A stretch of 64,000 nt of DNA from an uncultured Candidatus Saccharibacteria bacterium (GTDB lineage Bacteria > Patescibacteriota > Minisyncoccia > Phycocordibacterales > UBA9973): assembly GCA_964348725.1 (NCBI GenBank), contig CAYGDG010000002.1:202-64201 (forward strand), read 5' to 3'. The translations under genes were made by a program, and so were the position numbers. Shown here one piece after another: positions 1 to 6,965 of this stretch. Below the pieces are notes generated by a model that was given only the letters and a program-made list of their open reading frames with translations, made no database searches and was not told where the DNA came from. Each line of letters starts with the position of its first letter. Position 1 is the stretch's first letter.

Positions 1-169
1 GCGATGCAGATACTTGAGAAGAAGGTGTGTGCACACCGGTCATTAACCCCAATCAGCTTCTCCAGCTGAAAGAGATCTCTGGCTGTACGTTTACCAAGCA
101 GGGCCGAAGTGGATGCTTGGCTGGTCAGCTTGGTTACCATCCTCGCATCGTATGGTCCCTAAAAAGTCA

Positions 170-985
170 TCAATAGAATTTGTAACCGATCATCATCCCG
201 CCGCCCAGATCGGGGCTGGCGTCCGAGAAGCCCGTGACGCCATAGACCTGTGCGCTGATCTGTCTTGTGATATTATGGCTGAGATAAGCGGAGGCTTCGC
301 TGGGATTTTCTCCGCCGGAGGCTGACTCTCTCCAGTCGTAGGAGGCCCCGACAGTGGTCTCTTCGCCTATTTTTGTGCCGGCCCCCACGCCGAGAATCAG
401 GCTGTCATCCAGATTAAGTGTGCTGTTGGTGCCCACGAATTTGTATCCTGCGCTTCCATAAACATGAGCCTTGCCGATTTCCTGTGTTATTTCCGTATTG
501 ACAGTGTAATCCGTTTCACCAGTGCCAAGGCCTTTATCTTCATCAGCGGTCGGAAGCTTGATCTTGCCCGTGACATCCAGATAGGTTTCTGGTGTCAGGT
601 CGAAGGTATAGCCCACAGACCCGACAACATCACCCAGACCGGATTCTGTTGTAACGGCTGTGCCGCCCGCGCCGTTTGTGGTGTCACCATTGCCGACAAC
701 GGCCCCTGGGCCTTTGATGCTGATGTAGGACACGGTCAATTTCGCGGTCCAGTTTCCCTTTTGCAGTCTCCCAGTGACGGGGATGTAAAGAATGTCTGTA
801 TCCTCTGAAGCGCCATAATCGCCGGAGCTGTAGTCAAAACCCGTGCTGATTTTCGCTTTCATACCGTTTTCAGACAGAACGGTGTGCTCTTCCTGTGGCC
901 ATTGCATTTCTGCAAAAACAGGGTGGGTGAAGCTCAGGACAAGACAAAAAACCAGGAACGCAGAGAGGCAAAAAAATCTGGACAT
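170..985 (-). CDS. outer-membrane beta-barrel protein (MetA-pathway/transporter-like OMP family)
   Basis: 271 aa. N-terminal signal peptide (MSRFFCLSAFLVFCLVLSFTHPVFA). Alternating amphipathic Gly/Thr/Tyr-rich strands. C-terminal aromatic motif ...GYKFY, typical of OMP beta-barrels. Confidence 0.5.
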   Translation of the reverse strand: MSRFFCLSAFLVFCLVLSFTHPVFAEMQWPQEEHTVLSENGMKAKISTGFDYSSGDYGASEDTDILYIPVTGRLQKGNWTAKLTVSYISIKGPGAVVGNGDTTNGAGGTAVTTESGLGDVVGSVGYTFDLTPETYLDVTGKIKLPTADEDKGLGTGETDYTVNTEITQEIGKAHVYGSAGYKFVGTNSTLNLDDSLILGVGAGTKIGEETTVGASYDWRESASGGENPSEASAYLSHNITRQISAQVYGVTGFSDASPDLGGGMMIGYKFY

Positions 986-1202
986 GAACAGGTGACCCCA
1001 GTTTAGCGTGTGTATAATGTTGCATTGACTCTAAAGAGAGTTCCCTTTTGAGTAAAGCATTTTGTGCTTTAGGCTCCAGCCCTATTGATTATGGATTCAC
1101 AAAGATATGATTTTGTGATTCTGTAACGAGACAGATGGTTTAAGAAATAAGGATGCGGGATATAAAGTATTTGGGGCTGTCCTGCATATGCAGGACTCGT
1201 TA

Positions 1203-1333
1203 GTTGTGTGTTCGACCTGCGACAGAAACTATGCTCTAGAACGCCCCTCAAATCCTGACACATTGAAAATTAAGCCTTATATGATGGAAGGCACTTTGAT
1301 GCCCCGGTTCAAATCCTGCTTTGGGAATTGAAC
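1203..1333. repeat. ~130-bp repeat family R1 (copy 1), lying 3' of an XRE/HipA module
   Basis: Sequence gttgtgtgttcgacctgcgacaGaaactatgctc...ggttcaaatcctgctttgggaattgaac is ~90% identical to copies at 12053-12182 and 31412-31542. A partial copy is at 18332-18360. It ends in a 10-bp-stem hairpin, TTCAAATCC-gcttt-GGGAATTGAA. Confidence 0.7.
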
Positions 1334-1779
1334 TATGACAGCCCCAGCACCTTCAAAATCTTGAGAGCGCTATCGAGCTTGATGGTCGTCTTGCCTTGTT
1401 CGAAGCTATTGAGCGTGGGCTTGCTGACGCCTGCCAAGACTGCCAGCTGCTCCTGCGTGAGCTTTTGCTCCTTGCGGCGTTTAATGGCCTCGATGACGAA
1501 GCTTTGCCAGTTATGTCGTCCAACATGCAAAGTATTTCCAGATAGAACACTTGGGGAAATTTTATCGTAGATGAAACTCTCATAATTTTTTATGCTTTGT
1601 GGAACTTTCAAACCAAAAACTTTGCGATAATTTCTTACGGCTCTTTTTATCATTTGTTTTGCCTCTCGCTCATAATTATAAGAAGGCAAATCCTCCTTGT
1701 GATGCTTAACTGCGTTTCTTGCTTCATTTAGATCAATTTTTATCTCTTCTTGTGGTAAGGAGAGAGCTTTCAAGATCAC
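1333..1779 (-). CDS. XRE-family HTH protein with a C-terminal HTH domain and an AT-rich N-terminal extension
   Basis: The C-terminal 65 aa (NWQSFVIEAIKRRKEQKLTQEQLAVLAGVSKPTLNSFEQGKTTIKLDSALKILKVLGLS) are near-identical to the HTH proteins at 13189, 18504 and 31542. The N-terminal ~85 aa are AT-rich and absent from the other copies. Confidence 0.6.
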   Translation of the reverse strand: MILKALSLPQEEIKIDLNEARNAVKHHKEDLPSYNYEREAKQMIKRAVRNYRKVFGLKVPQSIKNYESFIYDKISPSVLSGNTLHVGRHNWQSFVIEAIKRRKEQKLTQEQLAVLAGVSKPTLNSFEQGKTTIKLDSALKILKVLGLS

Positions 1780-1793
1780 TTTATAAAGAGAAT

Positions 1794-1979
1794 TTATGCT
1801 TTCTTTTTTTTGCTTAAAGCGCGATCATTTTCATTTGGAATAAATTTCCCAAGTATTTCTTCAGCCGCGCCAGCCAAAGTTAATGCACTGATAAAGCACC
1901 GCCCAGAGACATACAATTCAATAGCAGTCTCTAATTGAGACTCCGCTATTTTTTTATACTCTTCCACGTTCCGTTCCAT
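1794..1979 (-). CDS. probable 5' segment of the XRE-domain gene at 1333-1779, separated from it by a frameshift in an A8 homopolymer
   Basis: It starts MER..., like the copy-2 HTH protein MERDFSKS... It ends in KKKKA at the poly-A run (coding-strand gcaaaaaaaagaaagc). Inserting one A fuses it in frame to ...ESINSLYKVILKALSL... of the 1333-1779 ORF. Confidence 0.35.
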   Translation of the reverse strand: MERNVEEYKKIAESQLETAIELYVSGRCFISALTLAGAAEEILGKFIPNENDRALSKKKKA

Positions 1980-3163
1980 CGCTTCCCTATCAGTTTAATG
2001 AGATTGTCCTTGAAATCAGCCCCGCCGCTCGTTGTCCTAGGAAGGGGCGCCTCTTGAATTGCGTCCTTGGCGGCCTCAATGTGCTTTTCCAGCCCCTGTG
2101 CGGCCATGTTGATGGCGGCTGGCGATAAACCGAACTCTTCGCCCAGCAGCGTGAGATGACGGCCTTTCAGATCACCAATCGGATGATCCTTGGATCCGGC
2201 GATTTTGAGCGCCAGCGTCTTGTAGTTATAAAGCGAGGCAGCGACCTGATCGTAAGACGGAGTCAGACGCAAACCGGCACTGGTGTGGAACATCGCAAAG
2301 TTTTTAAGATGCATGTCGGTATTGCCCAAAAGCAGACCGGCCAGAATGCGGCGGTAAAGCAGATAGGCTTGTGTCGGCAGGCATCCATCCGTCCCTAGAA
2401 TAAAATCGGCCATGTCCTTGTGCGCGCCGTCATACTTCGTGCGGGAGGATCGCCCTAATAGCTGGTTGAATTCTTCAAAATGCAAACGCCCCCCACCGTT
2501 TTTTTGGGGCGCGCGATCAAATCTCTTAATCAGCAAGGCTGGCTCGCCCAGTCCTTTGACGTCCTCAATGCTTAAGTCAACGATCTCATCATCCGGCAGG
2601 AGCGCCTTGAAGGCCAGTGTCGTTAAATACTCGTTCAGCGTCAGATCCGGATGGCTCGCTGAGGGGAATTTGGCGATATGCGTACTGAGCTCGTTGATAC
2701 GGGCTGGACGGTAAATGCCGCCTTCTTCAACAACAGCGAGCTTGGGTTGAACGCCGGAGAGCGATGCCCGGCTGGTCAGAACCGCCATTTCTTTTGGATC
2801 ATCCAGATCAAGCATCGCTTCACTGAGCGCTGACGGTTCTGGATCAACAATCGAAACCGCGCCCGCGCAATCAAAGCCAAAAGCCAACAGCAATTCAAAC
2901 CGCGTTACTTCACGCCGCCCCAGCAGACGGCTTTGCGCTTGCTCCAGCCAACCCTCGGAAACCAGATTGTCGAAGAACGGGTGCAGACCGTTATTGCTGA
3001 TATGGGCTTGTTCGCGGACAGGCAGCGTGTGCGCGATGGCCGGGTGACCGCTCTCAATATGACTGCTATCATAAGTGAAAGTGACACGGCCTCCTGGCTC
3101 CTCACGGAGGTAACCCGCGAAGATGTCCTTGTAGTAGACCTTGCCCCATAATAAATTTGCCAC
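1946..3163 (-). CDS. hipA: HipA-like serine/threonine kinase toxin (type II TA), copy 1 of a duplicated pair
   Basis: 405 aa. N-terminal HipA-N fold region. Catalytic-loop motif LGNTDMHLKNFAMF (the DxHxKN motif of HipA kinases). Reading continues into the XRE gene downstream. ~95% identical to the copy at 31691-32911. Confidence 0.8.
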   Translation of the reverse strand: MANLLWGKVYYKDIFAGYLREEPGGRVTFTYDSSHIESGHPAIAHTLPVREQAHISNNGLHPFFDNLVSEGWLEQAQSRLLGRREVTRFELLLAFGFDCAGAVSIVDPEPSALSEAMLDLDDPKEMAVLTSRASLSGVQPKLAVVEEGGIYRPARINELSTHIAKFPSASHPDLTLNEYLTTLAFKALLPDDEIVDLSIEDVKGLGEPALLIKRFDRAPQKNGGGRLHFEEFNQLLGRSSRTKYDGAHKDMADFILGTDGCLPTQAYLLYRRILAGLLLGNTDMHLKNFAMFHTSAGLRLTPSYDQVAASLYNYKTLALKIAGSKDHPIGDLKGRHLTLLGEEFGLSPAAINMAAQGLEKHIEAAKDAIQEAPLPRTTSGGADFKDNLIKLIGKRWNGTWKSIKK

Positions 3164-3305
3164 CTAGTCGTTCCTTTTATGCTTGCAGAGCGTTGCTTCG
3201 CTCCTAAAATGGCACTTCTATTCGTCGTCGCTCGCGCCCCCTGCAATCATAAAATCAAGCGACTAAAGTTAAATCTTTTTAACTCAAAAGCCCTTATCAG
3301 GCCAT

Positions 3306-3365
3306 AAAGTAAAATATAACTTACTTTTTTGAATTTTTCAACAATTAAAGTAAGCTATAGTTTAC
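3306..3365. promoter_or_regulatory. palindromic operator pair upstream of hipA copy 1 (coordinates about +/-1)
   Basis: Perfect inverted repeat AAAGTAAAATATAACTTACTTT. A second, related site is AAAGTAAGCTATAGTTTAC. The same motif family lies upstream of the XRE genes at 13441, 18757 and 32952. Confidence 0.5.
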
Positions 3366-3455
3366 TATTGCAGTTTGCGTTATCATTAATTGGTTATGAT
3401 GCCCGAACAGGATTTTTTAAGTGGCTGTACCAGATAACTGAAAAAAGTTACTGGT

Positions 3456-3900
3456 ATGGACATGAGAAAAAGCAGATTAAGCCAATCAAAACAAGATCGT
3501 TTGATGGAGCATTTTATAGCAGGGACAACGGCACGGTGTGCGGCTGATCTGGTTGGTGTAAATTTCAAAACGGCGGCGTATTTTTATCATCGCTTACGTG
3601 AAATTATTTGCGTGGCAACGAGCGAGGAAACTCCGTTCACGGGCGAAATTGAAGTTGATGAAAGCTATTTTGCTGGGGTACGCAAAGGCAAACGCGGTCG
3701 TGGCGCGGCAGGTAATCCCTGTCGGCCAAAGCGGGGGTGTCAAAAGACCGGATTTCTTTGATTCAAAAAGCGATAGATGGAGAATCGGCCTGACTTTGCC
3801 TGAACGACACAACCTGCGTCTGTATACAAATAGAACAACGATATCTATTTCATGGCAAGTGATCTATGCTACGTACTGGATAGGATTTCTGGAAAAATAG
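3456..3900 (+). pseudogene. IS1595-family (ISXO2-like) transposase remnant, truncated and frameshifted
   Basis: N-terminal 100 aa read RLSQSKQDRLMEHFIAGTTARCAADLVGVNFKTAAYFYHRLREII...EVDESYFAGVRKGKRGRGAAG, typical of IS1595 transposase N-termini. The ORF is only 101 aa and then shifts into the 3598-3900 frame. No DDE domain follows. Confidence 0.6.
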
Positions 3901-3904
3901 CGCG

Positions 3905-4702
3905 ATGAATGATCAATGGAAAGATATGCTACGCGAATGGAGCGGAAGCGAACCAGTTCATATTCTGCTGATTATCGCGGGTTCGTTTGTGCTCTATGAG
4001 TTTATCCGGCATCTTGTCCCACGTCTGATTCTTAGGAAACCTGATGCGCGTTTCTATACGTTGCCGTGGATTCCCATGCTACGGCTTATCATTATCGTAG
4101 GCGCGATTGCGATGATCGTGCCGATCATCATCACGCCGACACGGGAGAATGTGCTGGCGCTGATCGCGGCCTGCGCGCTGGCGATGGGTTTCGCGCTCAA
4201 GGATTATATCAGTTGCCTGTTTGCGGGGCTTTTGTTCCTGATCGAGCGGCCTTACCGGGTCGGCGACTGGATCGAGATTGACGGGACGTACGGCGAGGTG
4301 ATGGAGCTGGGTTTGCGGGCCGTGAAGTTGGCCACCGCCGATGACGATACGATTTTTATATCTCATAACGCCCTGTGGAACACGCAGATTAAAAACTCCA
4401 CCACCGGCCAGAAAGACCTGCTCTGCGTGATCGATTTTTTTGTCGATCCCGATCACGGCGAGGCCACGGCGCGGCAGGTTCTGGCGGATATTGCGGCGGG
4501 TAGCGTTTATACCAATCCGGAGCGGCCCATCGTCGTTGTCATGTTCAACAAGCCGTTCGGTCTTTATTACAAGGTGAAAGCCTATCCCAGGGACGCGCGC
4601 GATCAGTTCCTGTTCATCACTGACGTCACGGAACGCGGTAATTTCGCGCTACGTAAGCTCGGCCTGAAACTTGTCACCGCGCCGGTGGCGGTTGGCGGTT
4701 AA
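3905..4702 (+). CDS. mechanosensitive ion channel, MscS family
   Basis: 265 aa. Three N-terminal TM helices followed by a beta-domain (LFLIERPYRVGDWIEIDGTYGEVMELGLRAVKLAT), as in small-conductance mechanosensitive channels. Confidence 0.75.
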   Translation: MNDQWKDMLREWSGSEPVHILLIIAGSFVLYEFIRHLVPRLILRKPDARFYTLPWIPMLRLIIIVGAIAMIVPIIITPTRENVLALIAACALAMGFALKDYISCLFAGLLFLIERPYRVGDWIEIDGTYGEVMELGLRAVKLATADDDTIFISHNALWNTQIKNSTTGQKDLLCVIDFFVDPDHGEATARQVLADIAAGSVYTNPERPIVVVMFNKPFGLYYKVKAYPRDARDQFLFITDVTERGNFALRKLGLKLVTAPVAVGG

Positions 4703-4707
4703 AAAAA

Positions 4708-5570
4708 GTTAACTGCAGAGACGCAGAGAGCGCAGAGTCCCCCCTCGTTGTCATGCCCGCGAAGGCGGGCATCTGGCAAGCTAAGATACGATGAGTTATA
4801 AAGAAACGATGGATAGACAAGATGAGCTTTTAGAAAAAGAGGACGGTCGGTATTATGCTATTGATAAAGTTGGTACCGGCCTTGGTTCTATAGCAACTAC
4901 AGAACGGCTTGGCAGGAATAATGTTTCTTTTGGCTTACCGTCCGGCCCAGCTCTTCATTTACATCTTGCCCATTCTGCATTTCTAGAAGTTAAAGATATA
5001 AATCCTATAGATTTGTTTGACGCACACGATCAAGGCGTATGGCCTGATAATCAGGCTCCCCTGTTTGATTTTTTTGAAAAATTGATTTCTCACGTTGTCT
5101 TTTCATTTACCTCTATAGAATCTTTTGCCAACGAATCTATTCCAAAAGATTTCAAATACAGCTTTAAAAAGAAAAAAACAGGAGAAGAAATCACCTATGG
5201 AAAAAACGATATTGAACGATGGATTAATCTGGATGAAAAATTAAGCGAAGTTCTACCCTCTATTTTTTCCGTTAAAACCCCAAAAGGCACAAAAGTTTGG
5301 GAAAAATACAAAAAATTGAAAGAAACGAGAGATCGTATCATCCATTTAAAATCCGTTGACCAGAAAGCATCAGGACCTGACGATAAAACAATATGGGGCA
5401 TATTATTACGAGCACATAGTATTCCCTTTTGTAATCATGCCCATGAAATTATAGGTCATTTTAAACCAAAAAAGAGATGGTATAAAAAATACCCATATTA
5501 GCCGGATGCCCGCCTGCGCGGGCGTGACAATAAAGGAAACCTCTGCGTTCTCTGTGCCTCTGCGGTTAAA
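4708..5570. mobile_element. inverted-repeat-flanked single-ORF cassette (MITE-like passenger element)
   Basis: Left end: TTAACtGCAGAGaCGCAGAGAgCGCAGAG (4708-4737). Right end: its reverse complement, CTCTGCGtTCTCTGtGcCTCTGCgGTTAAA (5541-5570), with about 26 of 30 positions matching. Inner hairpins ATGCCCGCgaagGCGGGCAT (4753-4772) and ATGCCCGCctgcGCGGGCgT (5506-5525) bracket the ORF. The interior is AT-rich relative to its flanks. Confidence 0.4.
4791..5501 (+). CDS. hypothetical protein, the AT-rich passenger of the inverted-repeat cassette
   Basis: 236 aa, Lys-rich, with no family I recognise. It contains ETRDRIIH (an Rx4H, HEPN-like motif), which is weak evidence only. Confidence 0.5.
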   Translation: MSYKETMDRQDELLEKEDGRYYAIDKVGTGLGSIATTERLGRNNVSFGLPSGPALHLHLAHSAFLEVKDINPIDLFDAHDQGVWPDNQAPLFDFFEKLISHVVFSFTSIESFANESIPKDFKYSFKKKKTGEEITYGKNDIERWINLDEKLSEVLPSIFSVKTPKGTKVWEKYKKLKETRDRIIHLKSVDQKASGPDDKTIWGILLRAHSIPFCNHAHEIIGHFKPKKRWYKKYPY

Positions 5571-5597
5571 AATTTTGCTGGTACACCCTCACCCCAG

Positions 5598-5632
5598 CCC
5601 TCTCCCCAAAGGGAGAGGGATTCCCTTTTTAT
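5598..5632 (+). terminator. REP-like palindrome plus T-run; candidate intrinsic terminator ahead of the pilus operon
   Basis: CCCTCTCCCCaaaGGGAGAGGG followed by attccctttttat. Confidence 0.45.
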
Positions 5633-5725
5633 CCCGCATACTTGTGTAACCCCTCCGATTTTACGATCTTTAATTGTATTTCTCGTGTACACTCCACCCA
5701 GTCTTGAAAACCTCAGGGGGGAAGC

Positions 5726-6205
5726 ATGAAATATTTTCTTATGATCTGCGGGGCGGCGATGCTGCTCCCCGCCACGGGTTTTGCCGCCACGACGGGGACG
5801 ATCAACGTCACCGGCAATGTTCCGATTTTCTGCGATCTTACGGTGCAGCAAGAACCGGGCGCGAGCGACATTCCCGACATCTCGGCGGGGCATACCGACC
5901 GCCACATCGCCACCGTCACCGAAAACTGCAACAGCCCCAGCGGTTATACCGTCACCGTCGCCACCGCCAACACGCCCGATCACACGGGCCAGTTCGTCGA
6001 TACGGTCAGCGGCGACACGCATCCCTTCACCATCACCTATAACGGCGTTCCCATGACGCCCGGCGGCGTGGTGACGGATTCTCCCAGCCTTGCCCTGGGC
6101 GCGCGGAAGGATGTTCATATCACCTATCCCGAGGATCCCACGCTGACCGGCTCCGTCGCCGCGACGTACGAGGAGACCCTCACTTTCACCATTTCGGCCA
6201 AATAG
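5726..6205 (+). CDS. Csu-type (sigma-fimbriae) pilin subunit with a spore-coat-U (SCPU) domain
   Basis: 159 aa. Signal peptide MKYFLMICGAAMLLPATGFAA, then TGTINVTGNVP...; Thr/Val-rich with a SCPU-like layout. First gene of a pilin-chaperone-usher-adhesin operon. Confidence 0.7.
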   Translation: MKYFLMICGAAMLLPATGFAATTGTINVTGNVPIFCDLTVQQEPGASDIPDISAGHTDRHIATVTENCNSPSGYTVTVATANTPDHTGQFVDTVSGDTHPFTITYNGVPMTPGGVVTDSPSLALGARKDVHITYPEDPTLTGSVAATYEETLTFTISAK

Positions 6206-6214
6206 GAGTCCGCC

Positions 6215-6943
6215 ATGCGAACCATTCTCTCTTTTCTTCTGCTGTGTCTTTTGGTGGTGGCCGCGAACGAAGCGAACGCGTTCCGCTTCTCGCCGTTCCG
6301 GGCGAAATTCGATCCTTCCGGATCGGGCGCCAACCAGCTTTTCCTGGTTGAGAACAACACGGATGAACCGGCCTCGGTCCAGATCAGCGTTATGACCCGC
6401 GAGGTTGACGAAAACGGCAATGAAACGAACAAGGACGCCGAAAAGGATTTCACGATCTACCCGGCGCAGATGGTGCTGGAGCCGCACACGCAGAAATCCG
6501 TGCGCGTGCAATGGATGGGCGATGCCAATCTTCGGCAAGAAAAAGCCTACCGCATCATCGCCGAACAGCTTCCCGTCAATCTCGACAAGAATGAGCCCAA
6601 GCGTAGCGCCGTCAAATTCCTGATCAACTATCGGGGCGCGCTGTTCGTGACGCCCTCCGGCCTGAAGCAGGATGTTGCGCTGGACTCTTTCAAGGCCGTT
6701 GAAACGGGCGGCAAGAAGATGCTGGAGCTGGTGTTCAACAACAGCGGCACGCAGCATGCGCTGTTGCAAAACCTGGAGCTTGATTTCGGCGGCGTGAAAA
6801 TCGCGGGTGACGACAAGTTGCAGGGCGTCGTCGGGGAAGGCATTCTGGCGGGACACAAACGGAAATTTTTAATGCCGTGGCCCGCCAACGTTTCCACGAT
6901 GCCCGAAAAAATCGGCTTCACCTACGACAAGCAAGCCTTTTAA
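6215..6943 (+). CDS. periplasmic pilus chaperone (PapD/CsuC-like)
   Basis: 242 aa with a signal peptide and a fimbrial-chaperone fold signature (FLVENNTDEPASVQISV...YRIIAEQLPV). Sits between the pilin and the usher. Confidence 0.75.
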   Translation: MRTILSFLLLCLLVVAANEANAFRFSPFRAKFDPSGSGANQLFLVENNTDEPASVQISVMTREVDENGNETNKDAEKDFTIYPAQMVLEPHTQKSVRVQWMGDANLRQEKAYRIIAEQLPVNLDKNEPKRSAVKFLINYRGALFVTPSGLKQDVALDSFKAVETGGKKMLELVFNNSGTQHALLQNLELDFGGVKIAGDDKLQGVVGEGILAGHKRKFLMPWPANVSTMPEKIGFTYDKQAF

Positions 6944-6965
6944 GGTGCGGAAATGAGGCGCGGAC

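Noticed and set aside
1069-1263. 64-aa ORF, and a similar 70-aa ORF at 11949-12161, inside the R1 repeats
   Set aside because: Their apparent protein conservation (..ICQDL.GV.EHSFCRRSNTQ..) only reflects ~90% DNA identity of the repeat. No start or RBS context. Treated as repeat DNA, not genes.
1290-1333. tRNA-like GGTTCAAATCC segment in the R1 repeat (possible tRNA 3' fragment or att site)
   Set aside because: The flanking bases cannot form a T-stem (CCCGG vs CCTGC) and no acceptor or CCA context exists. It folds instead as a simple 10-bp hairpin. It is not called a tRNA or tRNA fragment.
3456-3900. Intact IS1595-family insertion sequence
   Set aside because: Only the N-terminal ~100 aa of the transposase are present, and they shift frame. 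No DDE domain and no terminal inverted repeats were identifiable. Called a remnant.
5498-6856. 452-aa minus-strand ORF spanning the pilin and chaperone genes
   Set aside because: It is antisense to three well-supported plus-strand genes in a GC-rich stretch. Its text is R/G-rich and low-complexity, with no motifs. This is a typical spurious high-GC ORF.
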